This document shows, piece by piece, positions 10,729 through 19,229 of a stretch of 64,000 nucleotides of DNA. This stretch comes from an uncultured Alphaproteobacteria bacterium. Lineage in GTDB: Bacteria > Pseudomonadota > Alphaproteobacteria > Rs-D84. The position numbers were made by a program, and so were the translations under genes. A model generated the notes under the pieces. It was not told the origin of the DNA. It ran no database searches and saw only the letters and a list, made by a program, of their open reading frames with translations. Numbering within the stretch: the stretch's first letter is position 1; every line of letters begins with the position of its first letter. The stretch spans positions 10,311 to 74,310 of the forward strand of contig CASCZI010000007.1 of NCBI GenBank assembly GCA_949156565.1, read 5' to 3'.

Positions 10729-11115
10729 CTATTCTACACGAAATCCCCCCGACGACGCAACAGATGTTTTTATCGTTTGAAACGCACGATCAATATTTAA
10801 ATCTTTTTGTGCAACAACCGTCCCATTTGAATTCACCACACATAAGGTATAGGTCCCATATTTTATCCCGTCAAAAATAAATCCCCCGTCGGCGTCAACA
10901 CGTCGTGCCGCAACCAATTCACCCGCACCAACCGGGGATGCCCCAGACGTAAGACTGCGTGCACCCGCCGCCGTCATGGCAATAACACTGTTGCCACCTT
11001 TTACCTCTATGCCACCAAACGATAACGCACGTGTTTGTGTACCCCCCCCAGCGTTCGCCACAAAGTTAATGTAATGGGTAACGTCACGGGCACTTTTTCC
11101 CATGTCTTTTATCAT
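10729..11115 (-). CDS. Hypothetical beta-rich protein abutting mlaE
   Basis: 128-aa ORF whose stop directly abuts the mlaE start; GxFxFDGIxYGTYTL resembles prealbumin-like/carboxypeptidase-regulatory folds (inference). Confidence 0.5.
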   Translation of the reverse strand: MIKDMGKSARDVTHYINFVANAGGGTQTRALSFGGIEVKGGNSVIAMTAAGARSLTSGASPVGAGELVAARRVDADGGFIFDGIKYGTYTLCVVNSNGTVVAQKDLNIDRAFQTIKTSVASSGGFRVE

Positions 11116-11121
11116 TTATCG

Positions 11122-11150
11122 TTGACATCATTGGCGGGACATGTGATAAT
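11122..11150 (+). promoter_or_regulatory. Sigma70 promoter of the outer-membrane protein gene
   Basis: TTGACA-N17-GATAAT. Confidence 0.7.
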
Positions 11151-11187
11151 CTTCCTATATAACAACGGTCAAAGGAAAGGAGAACCA

Positions 11188-11928
11188 ATGAAAAAATCAA
11201 TGGGATTAATCGTCTTGGCGGCAATGACCACCACGGGTGCCATGGCGGCCGATTTTACGCCCTATGTGGGATTGGGAATTGTTATCGACAAGGCGGGCAC
11301 ATCGGCCAAGCGCATGGGATTTGACCCAACATCTGACGAAGTATTCGTGACAAATGGCGGGGGTAAAATGAAATTTGATGCGGTCATGGCGGGCGAAGTG
11401 ACGGCCGGCGTCAAATATGGCAACGTACGTGGCGAATTTGAATTTGCATTGCGTGGCGCATCCGAAGATGATTATGAACTTTATGCCGGCGATCTGCGCG
11501 CCATGATGCCGGACATGGGCATGCCTATTCCAATGCCAATTATGGGCAATATTGATACATCCACATCGGTGAAGCATAATTCGTATATGTTCAATGCCTA
11601 TTATGACTTTGAAATTTCCGGATCAAAATGGTCACCCTATGTCGGGGCCGGTATCGGTGTCGGCACGTACAAGCAAAAGGCCAAGGTGGAAATCAATCTG
11701 GACAACGATATGATCAAACAAATGATCTCCGCCATAGGCGAAGATATTTCAACCATACGCGTTACCCAAGATAAAACCGAATTCGAATGGCAATTGGCGG
11801 TTGGGACAACATACCACTTTACCCCCAATTGGGCGGCGGATGTGGCCTATCGCTTTAACTCGTCAACAATTGATGGGGAATTTGTTTATGCACATGAATT
11901 AAAACTGGGCGCACGTTATTCATTCTAA
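11188..11928 (+). CDS. Outer-membrane beta-barrel protein (opacity/Msp4/OmpW-like)
   Basis: AAGGAG RBS, signal peptide, NAYYDF, SPYVGAGIG, WQLAVG, DVAYRF, C-terminal ARYSF. Confidence 0.85.
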   Translation: MKKSMGLIVLAAMTTTGAMAADFTPYVGLGIVIDKAGTSAKRMGFDPTSDEVFVTNGGGKMKFDAVMAGEVTAGVKYGNVRGEFEFALRGASEDDYELYAGDLRAMMPDMGMPIPMPIMGNIDTSTSVKHNSYMFNAYYDFEISGSKWSPYVGAGIGVGTYKQKAKVEINLDNDMIKQMISAIGEDISTIRVTQDKTEFEWQLAVGTTYHFTPNWAADVAYRFNSSTIDGEFVYAHELKLGARYSF

Positions 11929-11943
11929 ATATCCATAAGATCG

Positions 11944-11974
11944 AAAAAATTCCCGTGGCAAACGGGAATTTTTT
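11944..11974 (+). terminator. Intrinsic terminator
   Basis: AAAAAATTCCCG-N7-CGGGAATTTTTT. Confidence 0.8.
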
Positions 11975-12040
11975 TACTTGTCTTTGCGCCATCGGATTTT
12001 TATACTACGCCGGCAAATATATTAAATACAGGAAGGATAA

Positions 12041-12880
12041 ATGAAAAAGATAATGGGAATTGAATATGGGCGCGGATGCTTAAAAAACGCAATTGATGGC
12101 GGATGTGCATTGGGACCCGCGGCGGTACGCGACATGTTTCCAAACGCTGATTGGACAATGGTAACCGCCGATCCGTTTGATGCCGAAAAATGTGCATCAG
12201 ATCGGTTTGGTGAAAACTTTGAAATCCAAAAAAAAATATATGCGGCCACCCCGCGTGGCACGCGCCACATTATGATTGGGGGGGATCATTCGGTAAATTT
12301 TGGACACTTTGCGGCATTGGCCGATGAATTTGCCAATGATGATTTATGCTTGGTTTATATTGATGCCCATTTGGATATTCATACACCAGAAACATCCCGG
12401 GCCCAGGCATCCGGCGCACCACATGGCACCAATGTTCGGGCAAATTTGGGAACCGGTGACGCACGATGGATGGGATTGGGTCGCAAATGCCCGGCATTAA
12501 AACCAGAAAATGTGTTTTTTCTGGGAACCCGCGATTATGAACCCGCAGAAATCGAATTCACCACCCAAAACAATATTTACATGCGACGCCCAGATCAGCT
12601 AAAGTCTCCCGAAGATTGGGCCACGGCCGTTGGGGAAATACGGGACCGGATTGGTAACCGTCCGTTTGTCGTATCATTTGATTTTGATGCCATCGACCCC
12701 CAATTGTTTGGCGATGTTCTGGTGCCAGCGGCGGGGGGAATATCGGTGGCCGCGGCCGAATATTTTATTGATGCCTTTGGTGACGCACACAGTATTGAAT
12801 TTGTTGAATATGCCCCATCGGGGGATAAAAACGCATCTAATATTGTTCGTCAATTAATCGGGCGGGTTATTGATAAATAA
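12041..12880 (+). CDS. Arginase/ureohydrolase family protein
   Basis: GGDHS, IDAHLD, SGAPHG and SFDFDAIDP metal-binding motifs. Confidence 0.88.
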   Translation: MKKIMGIEYGRGCLKNAIDGGCALGPAAVRDMFPNADWTMVTADPFDAEKCASDRFGENFEIQKKIYAATPRGTRHIMIGGDHSVNFGHFAALADEFANDDLCLVYIDAHLDIHTPETSRAQASGAPHGTNVRANLGTGDARWMGLGRKCPALKPENVFFLGTRDYEPAEIEFTTQNNIYMRRPDQLKSPEDWATAVGEIRDRIGNRPFVVSFDFDAIDPQLFGDVLVPAAGGISVAAAEYFIDAFGDAHSIEFVEYAPSGDKNASNIVRQLIGRVIDK

Positions 12881-12908
12881 AAATACCCCACCACAAGGTG
12901 GGGTATTT
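12881..12908. terminator. Bidirectional terminator between convergent genes
   Basis: AAATACCCCACC-ACAA-GGTGGGGTATTT. Confidence 0.8.
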
Positions 12909-12952
12909 TTATGTTCGTCATGATTTTCAATCATTCTTATTTACCCCACCCA

Positions 12953-14167
12953 TTATACAGATTCACCCACAAATATATCCCCGTCCATTCCGACCAACCG
13001 AACATCACACACCGTGCGTTGCGGTACGGATTTTCCGGCAATACGTACCGGAATATCATGCGGATCACGGGCCATATTATGGGATTCGACCAACACGCTT
13101 GTTATTTCCCCAATCCGTTGACGCATATACATTATGCGATTATTATTGGCCAATTGATTTATGGCAGCGGTACGTTCCCGTGCCGTTTCACGTTGTATTT
13201 GATTGGGCATATCGGCGGCCACCGTACCGGGACGTGGCGAAAAAGGAAACGCATGTATATGAATGGGGCGCAATTGACGGGCCAATTGCATTGTTTGATC
13301 CCATAATTCATCTGTTTCCCCCGGGAATCCACATATGATATCCCAACTAAACGTGACATGCGGTGCGGCATGCGCGACCAATCCACGCACCATGTCCGCC
13401 GTATGCCGACGACGCATAGCCTGTAGAACAGGGTCGGACCCCGATTGCATAGATAAATGAATATGCCCCATCATCCGCGGATCATCCATCATATCCAAAA
13501 TACGGGGCACCTGGGGCGATGCCGGATCCAATGACGATAAACGTAATCGTTTAATGCCAGACACATCGCGCAATAATCCCGCACACACATCCGCGATCAG
13601 CATGCCGTCACGCGCATAACTGGCCGTGTCGACGCCCGTAAGAACGATTTCTGAAAAACCATTATCTATGGCCGCACGGGCATCATCCAAAATATCTGTA
13701 TAATTAAAAGATACCGCCGGCCCGCGCACCAATCGCGTCACACAATATGTACAATCATGATGACATCCATTTTGTACCTGAATATATTGTTTGGATAATA
13801 CATTTTTCCGAAATGCGAAACGATCAATACGCGCATTCGACCCAACATCATGTCCCATATAGGCATCCAGATTTAATTTATCCGTGTTGGGAATAACAAT
13901 CACATGCGGGATTTTTGAAAACAATTCTGGATTTCGCGTTGCCGCACATCCCGTCACGAAAATCGGCACAGCCGGATTTTCCCGTGCAATTTTCCGAACC
14001 GCTTGGGCCGATTGGCGTTCCCCTTCGGCGGTAACACCACATGTGTTCACCACAATTGCCCCAGATATATGCCCCCGCAACATTTTGGCAATCTTTTCTG
14101 ATTCTAATGCGTTCAACCGACACCCAAAAGATAATGTTTTTATATTTTCTTCTTGCATTTTTTGCAT
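12953..14167 (-). CDS. mtaB: tRNA t6A methylthiotransferase (radical SAM)
   Basis: SFGCRLN, VNTCGVT, VTGCAA, VQNGCHHDCTYC (CxxxCxxC), HIHLSMQSGS. Confidence 0.85.
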   Translation of the reverse strand: MQKMQEENIKTLSFGCRLNALESEKIAKMLRGHISGAIVVNTCGVTAEGERQSAQAVRKIARENPAVPIFVTGCAATRNPELFSKIPHVIVIPNTDKLNLDAYMGHDVGSNARIDRFAFRKNVLSKQYIQVQNGCHHDCTYCVTRLVRGPAVSFNYTDILDDARAAIDNGFSEIVLTGVDTASYARDGMLIADVCAGLLRDVSGIKRLRLSSLDPASPQVPRILDMMDDPRMMGHIHLSMQSGSDPVLQAMRRRHTADMVRGLVAHAAPHVTFSWDIICGFPGETDELWDQTMQLARQLRPIHIHAFPFSPRPGTVAADMPNQIQRETARERTAAINQLANNNRIMYMRQRIGEITSVLVESHNMARDPHDIPVRIAGKSVPQRTVCDVRLVGMDGDIFVGESV

Positions 14168-14220
14168 CCATGGGGCATTATAACGTGGTTTTAAACGAAT
14201 TCAACAAAGGAATTTATGAT

Positions 14221-14616
14221 ATGGCCCGTACAACAAATTCAGATACCTTGCCTTTTGTAGAAAGCCGTTATGAACTGGGGATGTTGGCATCTCAACGTGT
14301 TCGTGACCTGAACGGGGGGGTGGAATCCGTTGTGGAAAAATCTAATGATAAATTAACGGTTGTTGCCCTGCGTGAAATTGCCACCGGCCAATTAGAAATT
14401 GACAATTTACGTCATGAATTTGTTCAATCGTACAAGGAATCACCGGTGACAGACACCGCGTCCGAGTCATTAGAGGTTGGAACCGAAGATCCCATGTTGC
14501 GTGAAATTGATGCAGAATTGGAAAATGCGTTGGTTGAAACACCTGCTGATCCGGTGGAAATGGCCAATGAATTAGAAGTTGCGGCCGATGATGTCGCAAC
14601 TGATGACCAAGAATAA
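14221..14616 (+). CDS. rpoZ: RNA polymerase omega subunit
   Basis: MART...SRYELGMLASQRVRDL...DKLTVVALREIA, with the acidic C-terminal extension typical of Alphaproteobacteria. Confidence 0.92.
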   Translation: MARTTNSDTLPFVESRYELGMLASQRVRDLNGGVESVVEKSNDKLTVVALREIATGQLEIDNLRHEFVQSYKESPVTDTASESLEVGTEDPMLREIDAELENALVETPADPVEMANELEVAADDVATDDQE

Positions 14617-14627
14617 ACAAAGTATCC

Positions 14628-14718
14628 GGAGACGTCGCATAGTTGGTCTAGTGCGCTACATTGGAAATGTAGTATACCGGCAACGGTATCAAGGGTTCGA
14701 ATCCCTTCGTCTCCGCCA
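14628..14718 (+). tRNA. tRNA-Ser(GGA)
   Basis: GGAGACG/CGTCTCC acceptor stem, CTACA-TTGGAAA-TGTAG anticodon arm, long variable arm, GGTTCGAATCC, encoded CCA. Confidence 0.95.
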
Positions 14719-14729
14719 GGAATATAGAG

Positions 14730-14762
14730 CATCCCACGATAATTCCGTGGGATGTTTCTTTT
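14730..14762 (+). terminator. Terminator after tRNA-Ser
   Basis: CATCCCACG-N7-CGTGGGATG followed by TTTCTTTT. Confidence 0.75.
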
Positions 14763-14934
14763 GCCCCGGAATCCGGGGATTTTTATGCACGACGGTACCA
14801 GTGTATACCCGCCATCCCGCCCAATCCCGCCAAAATCCAACGCATTGCATACCTTGCCCAAAATCCCGATGCCACTTCGGGGATTGAATTAACATCTGGT
14901 TGACATTATATAACCAATAGAATGATAAACATAG

Positions 14935-15849
14935 GTGCGAAGCAAGATGGATGAACGGTATGATTTATTAAAAGCAAGGTTTATTCTTGACATTTTTATT
15001 GGGGATACAGGTTTTGATTACATAAAATTATCCGAAAATGATTGTAGGTCTGTAAGGTGTGCTTTGCCGTATTTAACAGGCTCTGCAATATGTAACATTG
15101 CTAGTCGATTTGGGTATGCTTTATCGTATACTTATGGTGGAGCTTTAAGTCGATGGGCTTATATGGAAAAGATAGTAGATTGGTGTATTGAAAATAACCG
15201 TATTTCAGATTTATTGACATATATGTTTTCAAAAGAAAGATTTACGGACGTATTTAGGGGGTATTCTCCTGATGAAATAGATTTCCTATACAATCAAATA
15301 ATTTCAACCATTATATCAAAGATTAATGGGCATTTATCGTGTAGTGGTAATGAAATGGTATTAATAGGTAGCATCTATCATGTAAAATCGCAACATGTTG
15401 AAATTCCAGTTGAAACCCCTTCGTTGGATAGAATAGATAGAGAATACGTACGGCAATTAATTGATAGAGCGTTTGAAGATATATTGAATGGTAATAATGA
15501 CAGTGCCATAACAAAGGCCAGAACGGTTATAGAAGAAATTTTTTGTTATGCGATAGAACAGAAAGGGGAAACGCCTTCTGAGAGAGGGGATATTACGAGA
15601 TTATACAGGCAAGTTAAAGATCTTTACAATATGCATCAGGCTGAAGATATCGACAGGCAGATTAATAATCTGATATCTGGATTAAACAAAATTGTTGATG
15701 CGATTTCTAATATACGGAATATTGCTGGCGACTCTCATGGACTTGGAACTAGGCGCGTGCCAATGTCGGAGAGGCACGCTCGGTTAGCCGTAGGTGCATC
15801 AGCAGTGTTTTCTGAGTTTATGTTATCGCTTATTGAAAATGCCCAATAG
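14935..15849 (+). CDS. Abortive-infection family protein with C-terminal Abi_C (HEPN-like) domain
   Basis: C-terminal AITKARTVIEE...IVDAISNIRNIAGDSHG...HARLAV pattern (RN-x4-6-H). The start may be ATG 14947. Confidence 0.75.
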   Translation: MRSKMDERYDLLKARFILDIFIGDTGFDYIKLSENDCRSVRCALPYLTGSAICNIASRFGYALSYTYGGALSRWAYMEKIVDWCIENNRISDLLTYMFSKERFTDVFRGYSPDEIDFLYNQIISTIISKINGHLSCSGNEMVLIGSIYHVKSQHVEIPVETPSLDRIDREYVRQLIDRAFEDILNGNNDSAITKARTVIEEIFCYAIEQKGETPSERGDITRLYRQVKDLYNMHQAEDIDRQINNLISGLNKIVDAISNIRNIAGDSHGLGTRRVPMSERHARLAVGASAVFSEFMLSLIENAQ

Positions 15850-16134
15850 CTACATTTTGGAAGTTTTGGTAATCTGAAACAGTTCATTCACATTGACTTT
15901 CTGTTGACCAGATAAGATGCGGTTGACAGTTTCTGGATTCATATATGCCAGGTCGAGGTGGCGGTAAAACTGGCGTGGGGATGTGTGTTCCATGGCGATG
16001 ATTTTATCGGTGTCGCCGTATTGTTCATACATCTCCCGATACCGCCATGCGGTGGCGAAGGCTTTCAGGATTAGATGGTTGTTATCGGTGACTGTCAAAA
16101 CGCCGTTCTTGGATTTATCAAACACTGTATTCAC
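15850..16134 (-). CDS. Small protein of the family found downstream of alphaproteobacterial island serine recombinases
   Basis: ILKAFATAWRY...LDLAYMNPETVNRILSGQQ pattern, recognised from memory of this family. Confidence 0.6.
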   Translation of the reverse strand: MNTVFDKSKNGVLTVTDNNHLILKAFATAWRYREMYEQYGDTDKIIAMEHTSPRQFYRHLDLAYMNPETVNRILSGQQKVNVNELFQITKTSKM

Positions 16135-16140
16135 ATATTT

Positions 16141-16640
16141 TCACAGGATGATCGGGACGGTAATTACGATACGACCATCGCTGATCGTGAATTCCATCGG
16201 ATCTGATTTCTGGTTTATAAAGTTATCCATTGCAAACGGTTGTAATTTTGCAACGTCCGGCGTCAGATAAAATATCAGTTTGTCCTGCGAGTATATAACT
16301 TTATCAACCAGTGATTGAATAAAGGTTTTCTTTTCTGCATATGGCGCGTTTTGGATATTGATGCGTTTTATTGTATCAACAACTGCGGACGGCAGTGCCG
16401 ACAGGTCGGCATCCAGGAACTCTGTAATGGTTTTTATCGCGATTTCGTCCACCGTTGGTGCGGGCAGATAAAAGCCACGGGTCGCATAATAATGGGTGTT
16501 TGTTTTATTCTTGCCACATGTCCGCTGATTGGTAAATCGTATGCCATTATGATTAAACAGTTTACCAGTCAACAGGTTGGGTGAACTGTGTGTTTCAGAC
16601 TTGTTGTTCGCATTATTCTGTAATGCCGCAAAACGGCCAA
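16141..16640 (-). pseudogene. C-terminal remnant of a large serine recombinase
   Basis: Frame reads ...AALQNNANNKSETHSSPNLLTGKLFNHNG...YY..., the recombinase/zinc-ribbon-like tail. No catalytic N-terminal domain is present upstream. Confidence 0.6.
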
Positions 16641-16682
16641 ATAGATAATAAATAGCTGGGTGGTCATTAGCATTTTAATCGG

Positions 16683-16711
16683 TTGATTTAAGGTTTTCTT
16701 TATGCAAAACT
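16683..16711 (+). promoter_or_regulatory. Promoter of structured element copy A
   Basis: TTGATT-N17-AAAACT, in the same position relative to the element as the copy B promoter. Confidence 0.5.
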
Positions 16712-16716
16712 GGGAT

Positions 16717-16892
16717 TGAAGCCAATGGGAATTGGGTTCGGGGCTGTGGTGGCCCACAAGTGCGGCGATATGTCGTTATAATCCCCCGACTTTGGTCGGG
16801 GAGCTGTTTGCTATGCAATAGGGTTTTCCCAAAGGCGGCGGAACATTCGCTTGTTGACACCAACTCCCCGACCGCCATTATCTCATGGCGGT
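16717..16892 (+). ncRNA. Unnamed structured RNA element, copy A
   Basis: Homologous to 18945-19122 (minus). Stems covary between the copies (see findings). Confidence 0.7.
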
Positions 16893-16918
16893 TAAATATT
16901 ATCTATGGGAAGTAAATC

Positions 16919-17842
16919 ATGCCATCTAAGATTAGCTTGATAAACGTTATACGAGAGCTCTCTGAAGAGGTGTTCGCTACAAAATATCCAGGTATGCGGC
17001 GCAATATTCGTTTTAATACATCTTGGTGGGATATAAATTCTGAAGGTAAGCAAGTTTATCAAGATTTTGTCACAATGTATAAGGCTCAAGATAAGGATTT
17101 TGAACCATGGATTTTATCTGTTGGTGCTAATAAGAAAAGACTAAAGCCTAATGATGTAGTTTTTCAATTTATCAAAATAAGCGAATCTCAAAACAGGTGG
17201 CTGTTTGTTGGGGCATATCTAATTCTTGATTTAAATAAGGTTGCAACTAATAAGGTTACAATGGAAAATTTTATCTATGCGAATGCCAAAAGATTGACCG
17301 GTTTTGATGTGTTTATAGACAGATTGATTGTAGAAAAACCTGTGAATAGAAGTTTTATTTATACAGGTTCCGTGGCGATAGATTCTATCAAAGTGAGTTC
17401 TATATTAGAACAGCCATATTTAAGTGCTGAAGAAGAATTTCCAGGATACGAAAATGTATGTAAAGATTATAAATCTTTATTGCATTGTATAAAAGACTCA
17501 GCGTGGCAGGATGCATTAAGCAATGTGTATGGTGTATATGTTTTGACTGATACCAAAACAGGTAAATTATATGTCGGGTCTGCAACGGGAGCAAATGGAA
17601 TATATGGGCGCTGGAATACTTATCTGGCAAAGGGGTATGATGACTCTGATAAAGAATATCCAAATAAGAAATTAAAAGAGTTGGTTAAAGAAAAAGGTAT
17701 TAAATATATTCAGGATAATTTTCAATACAGTATATTGGAGATATTTCCAAAGACAGACATTGGATGCGATAAAGCATTAGAGCGCGAAAGCTATTGGAAA
17801 AATGTATTTAAAACGCGTATGTTTGGGTATAATGACAACTAG
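16919..17842 (+). CDS. GIY-YIG nuclease with uncharacterised N-terminal domain
   Basis: GVYVLTDTKTGKLYVGSATGANGIYGRW, ERESYWK, C-terminal GYNDN. Confidence 0.88.
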   Translation: MPSKISLINVIRELSEEVFATKYPGMRRNIRFNTSWWDINSEGKQVYQDFVTMYKAQDKDFEPWILSVGANKKRLKPNDVVFQFIKISESQNRWLFVGAYLILDLNKVATNKVTMENFIYANAKRLTGFDVFIDRLIVEKPVNRSFIYTGSVAIDSIKVSSILEQPYLSAEEEFPGYENVCKDYKSLLHCIKDSAWQDALSNVYGVYVLTDTKTGKLYVGSATGANGIYGRWNTYLAKGYDDSDKEYPNKKLKELVKEKGIKYIQDNFQYSILEIFPKTDIGCDKALERESYWKNVFKTRMFGYNDN

Positions 17843-17955
17843 GAATATTTAATGCCGACAAAAGATAAATGGATTTTAGAAAAAACAAAATACAAAGACC
17901 AAGTTGATGCGTTAACTCAATGTATCATTTATGCACATACACTGATATAAAAATC

Positions 17956-17984
17956 TGTCCTATACCCGAAAAGGGTATAGGACA
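17956..17984. terminator. Perfect 12-bp hairpin between convergent transcription units
   Basis: TGTCCTATACCC-GAAAA-GGGTATAGGACA. Confidence 0.75.
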
Positions 17985-18009
17985 ATCTTTCTACATGTAT
18001 TATTATAAA

Positions 18010-18300
18010 TTATTCTTCTAATATTTTTACTTTATCACATAAATATGTGCTTCCTTTGTATCTTACAGCACTCATCATATATGCTTCTAATATACAAAAT
18101 TCAGCATTTGTATAACAACCTTCAATATTTCTACCAAAAACAGGATCGGTATTACATACTAATTTTCTTTCGCCATTGTATATTACCATATTTTCTTCAT
18201 CTTTATTTAAAATACAAAATTTATCTATATTACTACATTGTAGTGCAAAAGCAGGTTTTATAAATATAAATGTACTTAAAAATATAGTTAATATTTTCAT
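18010..18300 (-). CDS. Small secreted Cys-containing protein
   Basis: Signal peptide ending AFA; RBS AGAGAG; several Cys residues. Confidence 0.65.
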   Translation of the reverse strand: MKILTIFLSTFIFIKPAFALQCSNIDKFCILNKDEENMVIYNGERKLVCNTDPVFGRNIEGCYTNAEFCILEAYMMSAVRYKGSTYLCDKVKILEE

Positions 18301-18312
18301 TGATTACTCTCT

Positions 18313-18612
18313 TTATTTTATATAAATATCTGCACCACAATTTCTTAGCTCTTCAACTAAGTTTTCTAAACCAAATTTAAAGGTGCCTGCTGAAGCTACG
18401 CTGTCACTTAAATGTCGCGCTACACAATCACAATGTTTCCCATATTCGATTCTATATGTATGCGGATTAGAATTAAATTCTTTATCGTCTCGCATAAACC
18501 ATTCAATATCTTTTAAACAGTTTTTTGCAAAATTTTGTTGAGCGACGCTAAGTGGCTTATTTTCACATGCACAAAATAGTAACAATGGAAATATTAAAAT
18601 AATGTTTTTCAT
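18313..18612 (-). CDS. Small lipoprotein
   Basis: MKNIILIFPLLLFCAC lipobox-like sequence; AGGAG RBS; CDC motif. Confidence 0.7.
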   Translation of the reverse strand: MKNIILIFPLLLFCACENKPLSVAQQNFAKNCLKDIEWFMRDDKEFNSNPHTYRIEYGKHCDCVARHLSDSVASAGTFKFGLENLVEELRNCGADIYIK

Positions 18613-18613
18613 T

Positions 18614-18919
18614 TTATTCTCCTTTATAACTTAATTTTCTGAGTTTATCTCTTGCCGATTTACGTTCAGTTTCTGAAAACAGATTTGCCCATTGCGGTTC
18701 TAGAATTATATTTTCTATGGTTAAATCCAATCTCCCTTCTTTCCAAAGTCGGCAAAGCCCATCATGAAGTTTTTTATTGTTTATCAGCTGCTTACAGGCG
18801 GTCACAGCGCCCAGTTCTTGAACCATCCTTATAAAATAAGTTGGGTTGTATCCAAAGCTTTTGGTTTCGGCAATCATTTGCTGAATGCGTTCTTCAAATG
18901 CCATGTTGTTTGGAACCAT
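18614..18919 (-). CDS. Conserved small helical protein (GYxPTxF...GRLDLxxE domain), possibly defence-associated
   Basis: FGYNPTYFIRMVQELG...LWKEGRLDLTIENIILEPQWANLFSETE; AAGGGG RBS. Confidence 0.75.
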   Translation of the reverse strand: MVPNNMAFEERIQQMIAETKSFGYNPTYFIRMVQELGAVTACKQLINNKKLHDGLCRLWKEGRLDLTIENIILEPQWANLFSETERKSARDKLRKLSYKGE

Positions 18920-18944
18920 AAAATCCCCTTTGTTGTAAATAAAA

Positions 18945-19122
18945 GACCGTCAACGGAATTGACGGCCGGGGAGTTGGTGTCAGCAAACGAATGCTCCGTG
19001 CTTTCGGGTAAGCCCTGTTGTATAGCGAACGGCTCCCCGACTACAGTCGGGGGATTATAACGACACATTTGTGCCGCGTCTGCGGGCCACCACAGCCCCG
19101 AACCCAATTCCCATTGGATTCA
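18945..19122 (-). ncRNA. Unnamed structured RNA element, copy B
   Basis: Preceded by a clean sigma70 promoter and ended by a hairpin plus TTTTATTT; homologous to copy A with compensatory changes. Confidence 0.75.
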
Positions 19123-19128
19123 CACAAG

Positions 19129-19157
19129 AGTGTACCGCGAGGAACACAGTAAATCAA
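19129..19157 (-). promoter_or_regulatory. Promoter of structured element copy B
   Basis: TTGATT-N17-TACACT on the minus strand. Confidence 0.7.
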
Positions 19158-19187
19158 GTTGATTATTCGCAATATATTCTATACGAC

Positions 19188-19215
19188 TTTACTTTTTTTG
19201 TTAGAGTGCTATTAT
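19188..19215 (+). promoter_or_regulatory. Promoter of the Argonaute operon
   Basis: TTTACT-N16-TATTAT with an extended TGn. Confidence 0.5.
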
Positions 19216-19229
19216 AAAGCCGTGTTATA

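Noticed and set aside
1100-14200. Numerous 60-360-aa ORFs overlapping the long genes on other frames or strands (e.g. 3859..4938, 2026..2697, 5341..5898)
   Set aside because: They are shadow ORFs of well-supported genes, with no motifs or RBS.
16717-19122. Identification of the duplicated RNA as tmRNA, 6S, SRP, c-di-AMP/cobalamin/FMN riboswitch, or hammerhead/twister ribozyme
   Set aside because: The diagnostic conserved motifs of those families were not found by eye. An Rfam search is still needed.
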